This document shows, piece by piece, positions 26,609 to 35,993 of a DNA stretch of 54,779 nucleotides. A model generated the notes under the pieces. The model did no database searches and was not told the DNA's origin. It saw only the letters and a program-made list of their open reading frames with translations. The position numbers and the translations under genes were made by a program. Within the stretch, counting starts at the first letter, position 1, and every line of letters begins with the position of its first letter. Source of the stretch: Bradymonadia bacterium (GTDB lineage: Bacteria; Myxococcota_A; Bradymonadia; REDH01). The stretch is from assembly GCA_047610025.1 (NCBI GenBank), contig JBLFZA010000001.1, positions 1-54,779 on the forward strand, in the 5' to 3' direction.

Positions 26609-29600
26609 ATGAACTCTCGTCCCCTCTGTCGTGCTCTCAGCCTATGCTTGCTGACGTTGTTCGCGTGCTCCGATGAGCAGGTGAGCGAGCCCTCAACAGA
26701 CACCGGCCTCACGCTATCCGACGTGGACGAGACGCGAGACGCCAGCGTGGCCTCGCTGATTGAGGACGCGGACCTGGCGATCGAATTCGAAGGATCGTGG
26801 GACCCCGCGACCGGTGTGTTCGATATCGCGCCGGTTCGAGTGATGACCATGGGGCTCGACTTCGACGAAGCCACAGGGGAACTGAGGCGTTCCGAGCAAG
26901 GCCTCTATTGTGCGATTCGCACGAGCGCTGGTGTGCGTGACACACTTGTTCTGTCCACGGACCCTGCGACGATTGGTACTCACGCGGATGGACCGACAGG
27001 CCCCTGCGGCGTCGGTGGCGCTCCATTCAACCTCGCCTACGACAGCCCACTGGCGTCAGGCGCTCTGTGTGCAGAGGTCAGCATTCGCTCGAGTTTCGAG
27101 TCGCTTGAGCTGACCAACGTGCATGCGATGATCACTGAGATCAGCAGCGAACCCAATCGCGCCTACACGTATGCGGAGTTCCTGACCCTCGGCTTAGGAA
27201 ACGGCGCACCGTCGCCTATCGGCTTTGGAGCGCCCAGCGACCAGTTTGGAGGGCTCTTCTCCTACGGGTCCATCGCTCCGGCGGCCACGTCCGCGGAACG
27301 GTGGGTGTTCCGTTATGACGGCCAGGTGTTCACGTTCAGCGGGATACTCAAGGCGACGATCGTAGAGTCGTGCAATGGCTTCGATGATGACTGTGATGGC
27401 ACCGTGGATGAAAGCTCAGGCTGCTACCCCAATGGCGACCAGTGCCTGTCAGACGCCGACTGCCAGAGCTCGTTCTGTGACGCTTCCATTCGCCAATGCG
27501 ATGGCAGCCTGCTGCCGGAAGATTGCACGAATGGCGTAGATGACAACGGCGATGGCGACATCGATTGCCTCGACCGGCGCTGCGCCGGTTTGGACGGCTG
27601 CGCCGATTTCGGTTGCCTTAATGGAAATCTCGGAAGCCCGGTGTCGATCTTCGACCCGGGCGGCGCGAGCATGAGCGTCGTCGTTGGCGACGACGCCAAA
27701 ACCGTCTCTGAAGAGTTCTCGGACTTCAGCCTCGTGAACACGCAGTGTGGCTCGAACTTCGCCGGCGCCGAGCGCGCTTTCCTGTGGGAAGCCCCGGTGG
27801 CCGGCGACTACCGATTCGCTGGAATGAGTGACGAGTTTGATGTCGCGCTGATCGTCACGCGCGCCGCAGGCTGCCCCTTCGACCTCGACGCTGATTTCGA
27901 TGATGTGCGCGCGAGCTGTTCGGACAACGTTTCAGGCATCGGTGGCGAGAGCGTTGCTCTGAGCGCAGCCGCGGGCGAGACCTTCGTCGTCATTGTCGGT
28001 AGTGCTGTTGCCTCGGACGACCCGCTTGGTTTTGGCGACTTTGAACTCGTCGTCGAGAAGACCTCACTCTGTGGTGATGGCTTCCACGATCCCTACAGCG
28101 ATTTGGTCGGCACACCAGACGAGTTCTGCGACGACGGCGGCGCATCGGCGACGTGCGATGAAGACTGCACCGAGATTATCTGCAACGACGGCGTCATCAA
28201 TCAGGTGATTGAGTCCTGCGAAGACGGCAACGCCGTCGCGACGGACGGCTGCTCGGAACTTTGTGTGACAGAGGTCGGCTGGGACTGCTCGTTGATAGGC
28301 CAGCCTTGCACCGAGATTTGCGGTGACTCGCTGATTGTCGGCGGCGAAGGCTGTGACGACGGCAATGATGATGGCGGCGATGGCTGCCCTGTCGACTGTA
28401 ACGCGGTCGAGTCGGGTTGGGACTGCACCGCTCCTGGCGTCGCGTGCGACGAAGTCTGCGGCGATGTGCTGCGCGTCGGCGCGGAAGCCTGTGATGACGG
28501 CAACTTCGTCGATGGCGATGGCTGCACACTTGACTGTCTCACTGTCGAGGACGGCTACCGCTGCCCTGGCGCGGGTGGTGTGTGCACGGACATTGATGAG
28601 TGTGCAGAGGCGTCGGACGACTGCTCCGAGAACGCGGCGTGCACGAACTCGGTTGGGTCGTTCTCGTGTGTTTGCAACTCCGGGTTCAGCGGAGACGGCG
28701 TCGTATGTGGGAACATCGACGAGTGCGCCGGCGGATTGGACAACTGCAACGCCGACGCCACCTGCACGGACACCTCGGGCTCGTTCACATGCGCCTGTAA
28801 CTCCGGGTTCAGCGGAGACGGCCTGATCTGCGCGGACATCGACGAGTGCCTGGGCACTCCCTGCGATGCTGATGCGCTTTGCGCCAATGGCATTGGAGAC
28901 TTCGCTTGCACATGCAATGCGGGTTACAGCGGCGACGGCGTCGTCTGCGACGACATCGACGAGTGCGGCGAAGGCACCGACAACTGCGCGGCGAACACGA
29001 CCTGCAGCAACTTACCCGGCACGTTTGGGTGCGCTTGCGCGCCAGGCTTCGAAGGCGACCCGCTCGTTGGGTGCACGGACATCGATGAGTGTCTGGCGAA
29101 CCCATGTGATGGGTCGGCTAGCTGTTTGAATGTTGTCGGCGGCTTCTCTTGCACCTGTGGCGCCGGGTACGTTGGCGACGGGTTCACCTGCACCAACGTC
29201 GACGAGTGCACCGAGGGCTTGGACAACTGCGGCGCCAATAGCGCGTGCACGAACCTCGACCCCGACACGGACGGCGCGCCGTTTGAATGCGGCTGTCTCC
29301 CCGGCTTCGATGGGGACCCGATAGCGGGGTGCGCGGACCTCGATGAGTGTGTCTTGAACACGGACAACTGCAGCGATAGCGCAATCTGCGCGAACACGGT
29401 GGGGGCGTTCGCGTGCACCTGCTTACCGGGCTTCGTCGGAGACGGTGTGTCGTGCGGCGACCTCAACGAGTGTGTGACCGGCGACAACGACTGCGACGGC
29501 AACGCTACCTGTCAGAATACGACGGGCGACTTCCTCTGCATCTGCAACCCTGGGTTCCAAGGCACAGGCGACGTCTGTACGGACCGCGACGAGTGCGCGG

Positions 29601-31744
29601 CGAGCGCGGACGACTGTTCGGCTGACGCGACCTGCGCGAACCTCGACTACGTTGTGGAGCCGAACCCGTTCACCTGCACCTGCAACCCCGGCTACGGGGG
29701 GGATGGCGTGACGTGTGGCGATCTGGATGAGTGCACGCTGGTCACCGACGACTGCGATGCAAACGCGAGCTGTAGCAACAACATTGGTGGCTTCACGTGC
29801 TCCTGCGCCGCGGGCTACACGGGCACCGGCCAAGTCTGCACAGACGTGAACGAGTGCCTGACCAACAACGGCGGGTGTCTTGGCAACGCCATCTGCAACA
29901 ACTCGCCGGGCACGTCGAGCTGTTCCTGCCCATCGGGCTACGAGTTAGCGGGCGACGGTGTGAGCTGTGTCGACCTGAACGAGTGCACGCTCGGTACTGA
30001 CAACTGCTCGGCGGACGCGACGTGTTCTAATGCCGCTGGAGGATTCACTTGTGGATGCAACACTGGATTCTCCGGAGACGGAGTGACGTGCGCCAACGTG
30101 AACGAGTGTTCGGTAGGCACCGACAACTGCAACTCGAACGCAGCGTGCAGCGATTTGACCCCTTCGGTGGGTAATGGCTTCGCCCGCTTCGCTTGCGCGT
30201 GCAACACGGGGTACAGCGGGGACGGCGTCACGTGTCTCGATAACAACGAGTGTTCCCTCGGCACGGACAACTGCGCTGACGCGGCGATTTGTACCAACAC
30301 GCCGGGTGCGTTCACGTGTGACTGCCGCGAAGGCTTCACCGGTAACGGCCTCAACTGCACAAACGTGAATGAGTGCGCAGCCGAGACAGATAACTGCCAC
30401 CCCGATGCTGGCTGCGCAGATGTGGTGCCCTCCGTCGGGAACGGCTGGGATCGCTTCTCTTGCACGTGCAACAGCGGTTACAGCGGGGACGGTGTCACGT
30501 GTAACGACATCAACGAGTGCATCGGTGACCCGTGCGGTATCGGCACGACGTGTACGAACACGGCGGGCAGCTACACGTGCCAGTGCACCACGGGTTACTC
30601 GGGTGGAGATGCCTACGCGGCTGGTTGCTACCCAGTTTGCGGCGATGGTTTGGTGCGGACCGGCCCTGGCGCGTCCGGGAACCAGAACTCGGAGCAGTGT
30701 GACTATGGTCAGGGCGGCGTTGATGGCCCCGGTGCTCCGGCATGTGAGAGCGATGGCGGGTGCGGATACTGCGACTCAAACTGCGATAATGCGGCGACCA
30801 GCGTCAACGCCACGGGGTGTGACAATGGCTACGTCGACGACGACGGCGACGGCGACCCCGACTGCGAAGATTCGATCTGCAGCGGCGTGTTTGGCTGTTA
30901 CGCGTGGGTGTGCAGTCAGATTGACGACTTCATGACCCGTGAGGGCACGAAGTCCGGCAACCTCAGCGGCAACGACTACGCGTTCCAGTACCCCTACAGC
31001 TGTAACCCCTACAACTGTAACGCCTACGATTGTAACTCGTACTCTTGCGGATGGAATGGTTGGAGCACTTGCTACAACACCTGCTACAACACCTGCTACG
31101 ACACCTGCTACGCGCAGCATGGGGACGACTACTCCGTGCTCTTTCAATCGCCGAATCAGTACCGCAATATCGAGGTCGAGACCGTTACACCGACGGCCTT
31201 CGACACCTACATGTTTGTGAATCGTGACGAACGTATGTGTGGTGGGACATCGGCCGATCACTCCGACGATGATGGCGGTGTTGGTTCTTTGTCGCGCATC
31301 ACGTTCGCATCATGGCGCGCCACGCAAGTGCACACTGTGGTCGTTGAGGAGTACCGAACAAACTCGGCTGCTGCCGGCGCTGCGGTGACTGTCGACTTCG
31401 ACGTTCAGGGATGCCAGGGCGGTTTCCAGACGGACTGTAATGGCGTCTGCCAGCCCTCCACTTGGATTGGCAACGGAACGTGTAACGATGGTCAGGTCGC
31501 GTACCAGACGGGTGACGTCAACGCTGATTTCCGCTGTGGCACGTCGTACACTGGCGAGGTCTGTGACTGTACGGGCAACGCTCGCGGGGAGTGCGGCCAG
31601 TCGACGTCATGCGCACAGCAGTCTACGACGTGCTGGGACCTTTGGGGCGCATTCAGCTGCGATGAGCATCGCACGCGACAATGCGACAATTGTGGATGTG
31701 GTCAGTGCACCGGCTGGTCTGGTTGGTCTGGCGGTGGATGCTAG
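26609..31744 (+). CDS. Giant exported lipoprotein with cysteine-rich myxobacterial repeats and 16 tandem calcium-binding EGF-like domains
   Basis: Lipoprotein signal MNSRPLCRALSLCLLTLFAC. C.DG.D.NGDGD.DC modules are present, plus about four CGD...E.CDDGN...DGC repeats and 16 copies of D/N-x-D/N-E-C...C.N..G.F.C.C..G[FY].GDG..C. The C-terminal region has a C/Y/N micro-repeat and a beta-sandwich-like module. Confidence 0.9.
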   Translation: MNSRPLCRALSLCLLTLFACSDEQVSEPSTDTGLTLSDVDETRDASVASLIEDADLAIEFEGSWDPATGVFDIAPVRVMTMGLDFDEATGELRRSEQGLYCAIRTSAGVRDTLVLSTDPATIGTHADGPTGPCGVGGAPFNLAYDSPLASGALCAEVSIRSSFESLELTNVHAMITEISSEPNRAYTYAEFLTLGLGNGAPSPIGFGAPSDQFGGLFSYGSIAPAATSAERWVFRYDGQVFTFSGILKATIVESCNGFDDDCDGTVDESSGCYPNGDQCLSDADCQSSFCDASIRQCDGSLLPEDCTNGVDDNGDGDIDCLDRRCAGLDGCADFGCLNGNLGSPVSIFDPGGASMSVVVGDDAKTVSEEFSDFSLVNTQCGSNFAGAERAFLWEAPVAGDYRFAGMSDEFDVALIVTRAAGCPFDLDADFDDVRASCSDNVSGIGGESVALSAAAGETFVVIVGSAVASDDPLGFGDFELVVEKTSLCGDGFHDPYSDLVGTPDEFCDDGGASATCDEDCTEIICNDGVINQVIESCEDGNAVATDGCSELCVTEVGWDCSLIGQPCTEICGDSLIVGGEGCDDGNDDGGDGCPVDCNAVESGWDCTAPGVACDEVCGDVLRVGAEACDDGNFVDGDGCTLDCLTVEDGYRCPGAGGVCTDIDECAEASDDCSENAACTNSVGSFSCVCNSGFSGDGVVCGNIDECAGGLDNCNADATCTDTSGSFTCACNSGFSGDGLICADIDECLGTPCDADALCANGIGDFACTCNAGYSGDGVVCDDIDECGEGTDNCAANTTCSNLPGTFGCACAPGFEGDPLVGCTDIDECLANPCDGSASCLNVVGGFSCTCGAGYVGDGFTCTNVDECTEGLDNCGANSACTNLDPDTDGAPFECGCLPGFDGDPIAGCADLDECVLNTDNCSDSAICANTVGAFACTCLPGFVGDGVSCGDLNECVTGDNDCDGNATCQNTTGDFLCICNPGFQGTGDVCTDRDECAASADDCSADATCANLDYVVEPNPFTCTCNPGYGGDGVTCGDLDECTLVTDDCDANASCSNNIGGFTCSCAAGYTGTGQVCTDVNECLTNNGGCLGNAICNNSPGTSSCSCPSGYELAGDGVSCVDLNECTLGTDNCSADATCSNAAGGFTCGCNTGFSGDGVTCANVNECSVGTDNCNSNAACSDLTPSVGNGFARFACACNTGYSGDGVTCLDNNECSLGTDNCADAAICTNTPGAFTCDCREGFTGNGLNCTNVNECAAETDNCHPDAGCADVVPSVGNGWDRFSCTCNSGYSGDGVTCNDINECIGDPCGIGTTCTNTAGSYTCQCTTGYSGGDAYAAGCYPVCGDGLVRTGPGASGNQNSEQCDYGQGGVDGPGAPACESDGGCGYCDSNCDNAATSVNATGCDNGYVDDDGDGDPDCEDSICSGVFGCYAWVCSQIDDFMTREGTKSGNLSGNDYAFQYPYSCNPYNCNAYDCNSYSCGWNGWSTCYNTCYNTCYDTCYAQHGDDYSVLFQSPNQYRNIEVETVTPTAFDTYMFVNRDERMCGGTSADHSDDDGGVGSLSRITFASWRATQVHTVVVEEYRTNSAAAGAAVTVDFDVQGCQGGFQTDCNGVCQPSTWIGNGTCNDGQVAYQTGDVNADFRCGTSYTGEVCDCTGNARGECGQSTSCAQQSTTCWDLWGAFSCDEHRTRQCDNCGCGQCTGWSGWSGGGC
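28589..30628 (+). repeat. Array of 16 tandem cbEGF-encoding units (~120-140 bp each)
   Basis: I counted these units: DIDECAEA, NIDECAGG, DIDECLGT, DIDECGEG, DIDECLAN, NVDECTEG, DLDECVLN, DLNECVTG, DRDECAAS, DLDECTLV, DVNECLTN, DLNECTLG, NVNECSVG, NNNECSLG, NVNECAAE, DINECIGD. Some nucleotide stretches recur exactly, for example aactccgggttcagcggagacggc twice. Confidence 0.9.
31070..31111 (+). repeat. 12-bp tandem repeat (tgctacaacacc x3.5) encoding CYNTCYNTCYDTCY
   Basis: Direct reading: units at 31070-31081 and 31082-31093 are identical, 31094-31105 has one substitution, and a partial fourth unit follows. Confidence 0.9.
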
Positions 31745-34215
31745 TCGAGTCCGAAATCACGTGCGCGGCGGGCCTTAATGCCCGCCGCTTTTCGTTCGGC
31801 CTGACGGTATGGCTGCTCATCCAGGCTCTCGCCGTCGTGATGCTCTCAGCATGCTCGAGCGGCGGCCGGTCGTCTGACGATGTCGTGATTGGCGTGCCGG
31901 ACCTCGATGCAGGCCAAGACAGTCTTCGAGATCCAGAGGACTCTCTCGGGCCGCTGCCTGATGCAGGGGACGATGCGCATGACGTGACAGCCGTTGACGG
32001 CGATAGCGATACAGATGACCGCACGGAACCCGATGTCGAGAACCCTTGCGGCTGTTCACTCGAGGAAGTGTGTGTCGCGGGTGTCTGTCGCACCGCGTCG
32101 CGGGGAGGCTGTAAGCTTGGGGAGGTGCCTACGCTCGATGGGCGCTGTTTGTTAAGGTGCGAGGACTCATCGACCTGCGCGCCGGGGTCGTTCTGCGAAG
32201 AGGGACGATGTTCGTGGGGCTGTGAAGCCGCCGCTGATTGCGGCGCGAACGAGCAGTGTGAGCGCGAGGCGTGCGTAGCGAGTTGCGGTGAGCGGAGTCC
32301 TTGCGCTGCCGGTCAGTGCATCGCGGGCGTTTGTCGGGCGAGTCTCTGTGCCTCTGACTGCGGCGCGGGCGCGCGCTGCGTCGACGAGGTCTGCATCGTT
32401 ACGGGGGATCGAACTTGCGACGCGGAAGAGCAGTGCGCTCGGTCTGAGCGTTGTATTGACGCAGAGTGCCAGTCGGTCGCTGGAGAGGGTGCGGTTTTCG
32501 CAAGCATCGAGTCTGGTCTGGACTTGCACAGATTCGGTACTGATGGGTTGGACGAATTGGGCTTCGGAGGAGCGATTGCGCCAGGCGATTTTGACGGAGA
32601 TGGAGACATCGATTTGGCGCTCGCCATCGATTTGAACGGAGACGGGTGCGTCTACTGGAACAGAGATGGGCGATTCGAGAGAGCCGGTGCTACCTGTAAT
32701 GAGTGGACGAACGGTGAGTCGCTGAGCAGCGCAGACCTCGATGGGGACGGTCGGGATGAGTTACTGATCGGACGAGTCGGGGGGGTAGGGCTGTTTTCGC
32801 CCGCGGATGGCATAATGCTCGTGGAGCTCGACGTCATTGATGAGGGTTCTGGCGCGCCAATCTTCGTGGCGAGTCTGCTGCCGTTTGATGTCGATGCCGA
32901 CGGTCAGTGGGAGTTGTTGGCTGGCACGAGCATCGTGCTCACTCAGCCAGGTGACCGGATAGCTCGGGCGCCGAACTTCGTCGTGTCGGTCGGCACGTCG
33001 CCTTGGTCATTGACTGTGGATGACCGGCACTATGGCTTCGAAGATCGCGGCCAGGCAAACACGTTTGCGGTCTTCGATTGGGATGATGACGGCCTCCACG
33101 AGGTCATGATCGTGAACGACAGTTTCAGCTCCGATACTGCCCGCAATACAAGCGAACAGCCGGGGCTGCTCATGACGGTTGGGTTTCCTGGCTCTTCAGA
33201 TGTCTGGGCTGCGTCGCCAATTCTACCCGATGAGAAGGCCTGGGGCTCGTTCATGGGCGCCGTATGGACAGCGTGGAATGGACACGATGGGTTGTACTTG
33301 ACCGACCGAACGTCGAATCGATTTTTAGTTTGGGAAGGTACGGAGTTCGCCGTTGATCTCGGCGCGGCGTTCAATCTTCTGGTCGATCGCGCGGGTCCTG
33401 CTGATAGCGGGCTATTCAGCTGGAGCGTCATTTCCGCCGATTTCGATTTGGACGACGACGAAGACCTGCTGATTTCTCAAGGGTCAGCCGAGCTCGGAGT
33501 AGGGAGCACCGAACCGTGGCATCAGACGACGTTGCTTATCCAAAATCCATCGGGAGCAGCCGCGCGAATTGAGGGAGGCTTCGGGTTTAGTTCGCCGGTC
33601 GATCGGCTGAGCGATGAGGTTTTTCGGTATGCGTCGTCAAGAGCCGCGCTGGCGCTGGACCTCGACGCCGACGGTCGGCTGGAGGTCGTCATGACCCACC
33701 TCTTCGGCGCCGTGGAGCATTATGAGGAAGTGGGCGACCCGTCGCGTTGTGCGGTGCTGGCTCGCTCGCGCGTCGTGCTGGCGGCTGGCTGGGGCGTCGA
33801 TTGGGCGCCGGCGCGTGGCGCCCGATGGCGGCGCTCCAACAACTTCGGTCACACCTTCTCGTCGCCTGGGCCAACCATCGTCGCGGATCGACGCTCGGGG
33901 GTGGTGCGCTTCCCCAGCGGCGCCGTAGCGTCTTTCGATTGCGAGGCCGATCAGCAGCTGATTGTGGAGCCGGATTGGATTGCGCGAGAGACGGGCTCCG
34001 GCGATTTTCGCATCGATGCTGCGGTGCTTGAACTCGGAGAGATCTACACGATAGCCGCGGTGATTCGGTTCGCCGACGGCACCGCCCGTCAAGGCACGGC
34101 GACTAGGGATCCCCAGACCGGGTTGTGGCGGGTGACGGACGCGTCTGCTGAAGACGATATCATGCTGCGCATCAACGGCCGCTGGGTGCGGCGCTGGTGG
34201 AGCGGGTCCCTCTAG
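31738..34215 (+). CDS. Lipoprotein with N-terminal cysteine-rich repeats and FG-GAP/VCBS beta-propeller repeats (CRTAC1/ASPIC-like architecture)
   Basis: ATG 31738 overlaps the stop of the upstream gene. Signal and lipobox: RRFSFGLTVWLLIQALAVVMLSAC. An acidic linker is followed by multiple C..g..C...C motifs. FG-GAP Ca-binding loops: DFDGDGDIDL, DLDGDGRDELL, DVDADGQWELL, DWDDDGLHEVM, DFDLDDDEDLL, DLDADGRLEVV. Confidence 0.85.
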   Translation: MLVESEITCAAGLNARRFSFGLTVWLLIQALAVVMLSACSSGGRSSDDVVIGVPDLDAGQDSLRDPEDSLGPLPDAGDDAHDVTAVDGDSDTDDRTEPDVENPCGCSLEEVCVAGVCRTASRGGCKLGEVPTLDGRCLLRCEDSSTCAPGSFCEEGRCSWGCEAAADCGANEQCEREACVASCGERSPCAAGQCIAGVCRASLCASDCGAGARCVDEVCIVTGDRTCDAEEQCARSERCIDAECQSVAGEGAVFASIESGLDLHRFGTDGLDELGFGGAIAPGDFDGDGDIDLALAIDLNGDGCVYWNRDGRFERAGATCNEWTNGESLSSADLDGDGRDELLIGRVGGVGLFSPADGIMLVELDVIDEGSGAPIFVASLLPFDVDADGQWELLAGTSIVLTQPGDRIARAPNFVVSVGTSPWSLTVDDRHYGFEDRGQANTFAVFDWDDDGLHEVMIVNDSFSSDTARNTSEQPGLLMTVGFPGSSDVWAASPILPDEKAWGSFMGAVWTAWNGHDGLYLTDRTSNRFLVWEGTEFAVDLGAAFNLLVDRAGPADSGLFSWSVISADFDLDDDEDLLISQGSAELGVGSTEPWHQTTLLIQNPSGAAARIEGGFGFSSPVDRLSDEVFRYASSRAALALDLDADGRLEVVMTHLFGAVEHYEEVGDPSRCAVLARSRVVLAAGWGVDWAPARGARWRRSNNFGHTFSSPGPTIVADRRSGVVRFPSGAVASFDCEADQQLIVEPDWIARETGSGDFRIDAAVLELGEIYTIAAVIRFADGTARQGTATRDPQTGLWRVTDASAEDDIMLRINGRWVRRWWSGSL

Positions 34216-34274
34216 GCTCGGGTGTTCAAGCGGAGGTCAGCCTACACTGCCGGCTGCGTACGCCTCTCGGAGCG

Positions 34275-35993
34275 CTACGGCGTCCGTTGATAGCCGCGCT
34301 GAGGCGTTCCAGGGAAGGTGGACTCGCTGTTTTGTCCGAGGTAGCCGAACACTCCGCTGGTGGGGCTCGCCTCGCCGAGGTCGACGCGCTCGACCTGCCA
34401 GTAGCCGTCGCCCTCTAGGCGAACAAAGAAGCCTTGGAAGCTCGCAGCGATGAGCTCAATGCGGCCATCGCCGTCGAGATCGGCCACTGCGGGAGTGGAC
34501 ATGCTTGTTCCTGGCATCTCCCGGAGCAGAACCATCTCGTTCGTTTCGCCGCGGTACATCCAGAGGTCGGCCGTATTGGGTGTGTCAGCGAGCCCGGTTG
34601 TCGCAGAGCCTGCAATCAGAACATCCGTTCGTCCGCCTTGGTCGAGGTCGAGCGTAATGGCGGAGTTCCAGGGGAAGTACTCGAACATCGGCTGCTCGAG
34701 GATGGGCGTACCGTCGACGCCTGAGAGGACCGCAACGGCGCCGCCGGTGTAAGTGGGATAGACGCCGCGCATGTAGCAAACGAATACATCCGGAACGTCG
34801 TCTCCATCGAAGTATCCGATGCCGGGCGTTGTATAGGACTCGTGGTTTTCAATCCTGTGGGCCCAAAGCGGTTCGTATGTGGCCCCGTCGACCACCGTTG
34901 TTGTTTCGAGGAAGGCGGATACGACGATGTCCAGGATACCGTCGTTGTTAAGGTCTGCCAGCACGGGAGGAGCCATGATCCCGCGCCCATCTCCGCTCAA
35001 GACGAGCTGCCATTCCGCTGTCTCGGGGGCAGCATCGAACGACGCGAGAGGCAGTGACCAAAGCGAGCCCGGCAGCGTCTCGCCGCCGGTTCCAACGAGC
35101 AGGACGTCTTCTTGACCGTTGTTGTGCACGAGAGGCGTCATGTACGTTTCGGCGCCATCCGGCATTTGGCCGCGCCACAAGATCGCGCCGTCGGCACCGG
35201 AGAGAAGCAGCAGCTCGCCGGCGGGCCGGGGCTCGAAGGGAGGGGCGGCGCCATTGCCGCCATTCGTTGCCACCACCTCGGGGTAGCCATCACCGTTACG
35301 GTCGGCGATTATCTGGGGCGTGCTGAAGTTCAGCCAGCCGAATACGAGCGGGTTACTGCCCGTCTCCCACTGCCAAATGACAGATCCATCATGGGTAGAG
35401 ACCGCGAGAAGCTCGCCGTTTCTGCCCCCGATCACGGCGTCCTCGATACCATCGTTGTTGAGGTCGCCGAGTGTGGCCGTGCCGACAAGCTCGTAGCGCG
35501 CTGGTGTTGTCCACAGCGGCTCACCCGTCGCGCCGGAGAGCGCCACGATCGCGTTGGCCTCCTCGTCGACGACATACTTTTCGACGCCGGTGCCGAAAAT
35601 GATGTCGAGCACACCATCGTCGTCGATGTGTACGAGCCGTGGGCTCGAGAAAACATGCTTTTCCCCGGTCGCCGTCCACGCGACTTCGAGGGAGGGTGGA
35701 AACGGCACAGGCTGTCCAGCGTCCCTCTCTGTATCTGGAACGACGTCCTGAACGCTGTCAGCGACGTCTTGGCTGTCGGCGGACAGGTCCTCGACGTCGA
35801 CATCCGGCTCCGGCGCATCTGGCCCTGCCTCAGCCGTGTCGAGGGCATCATCCTGCAGGTCATCGTCGTTGAGGTCACTCACCTCGGCGTCTTGGGCGAC
35901 ATCGACAGGCGTCTGCTCAGAGTCGCTTGAGCAGCCGGAGAGAGCCGCGGTGGACACGACGACAACGAGCCGTCGAAGCGCTAAGGAATACAC
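34275..35993 (-). CDS. Lipoprotein with FG-GAP / PQQ-like beta-propeller repeats
   Basis: I prefer GTG 35993, which gives (M)YSLALRRLVVVVSTAALSGC, a canonical-length lipoprotein signal; ATG 36041 is the alternative. An acidic linker follows. Repeats: DDDGVLDIIFG, DLNNDGIEDAVIGG, DRNGDGYPEVVA, DLNNDGILDIVV, DLDGDGRIELIA. Interleaved with L.ALSGATGEPLW-type motifs. Confidence 0.85.
   Translation of the reverse strand: MYSLALRRLVVVVSTAALSGCSSDSEQTPVDVAQDAEVSDLNDDDLQDDALDTAEAGPDAPEPDVDVEDLSADSQDVADSVQDVVPDTERDAGQPVPFPPSLEVAWTATGEKHVFSSPRLVHIDDDGVLDIIFGTGVEKYVVDEEANAIVALSGATGEPLWTTPARYELVGTATLGDLNNDGIEDAVIGGRNGELLAVSTHDGSVIWQWETGSNPLVFGWLNFSTPQIIADRNGDGYPEVVATNGGNGAAPPFEPRPAGELLLLSGADGAILWRGQMPDGAETYMTPLVHNNGQEDVLLVGTGGETLPGSLWSLPLASFDAAPETAEWQLVLSGDGRGIMAPPVLADLNNDGILDIVVSAFLETTTVVDGATYEPLWAHRIENHESYTTPGIGYFDGDDVPDVFVCYMRGVYPTYTGGAVAVLSGVDGTPILEQPMFEYFPWNSAITLDLDQGGRTDVLIAGSATTGLADTPNTADLWMYRGETNEMVLLREMPGTSMSTPAVADLDGDGRIELIAASFQGFFVRLEGDGYWQVERVDLGEASPTSGVFGYLGQNSESTFPGTPQRGYQRTP

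Noticed and set aside
28589-30628. Possibility that the regular repeats (EGF array, 99-bp array, 12-bp and 18-bp repeats) are CRISPR or other non-coding arrays
   Set aside because: All lie in long open frames with conserved Cys spacing. The units are contiguous with no unique spacers, and no cas genes are present.
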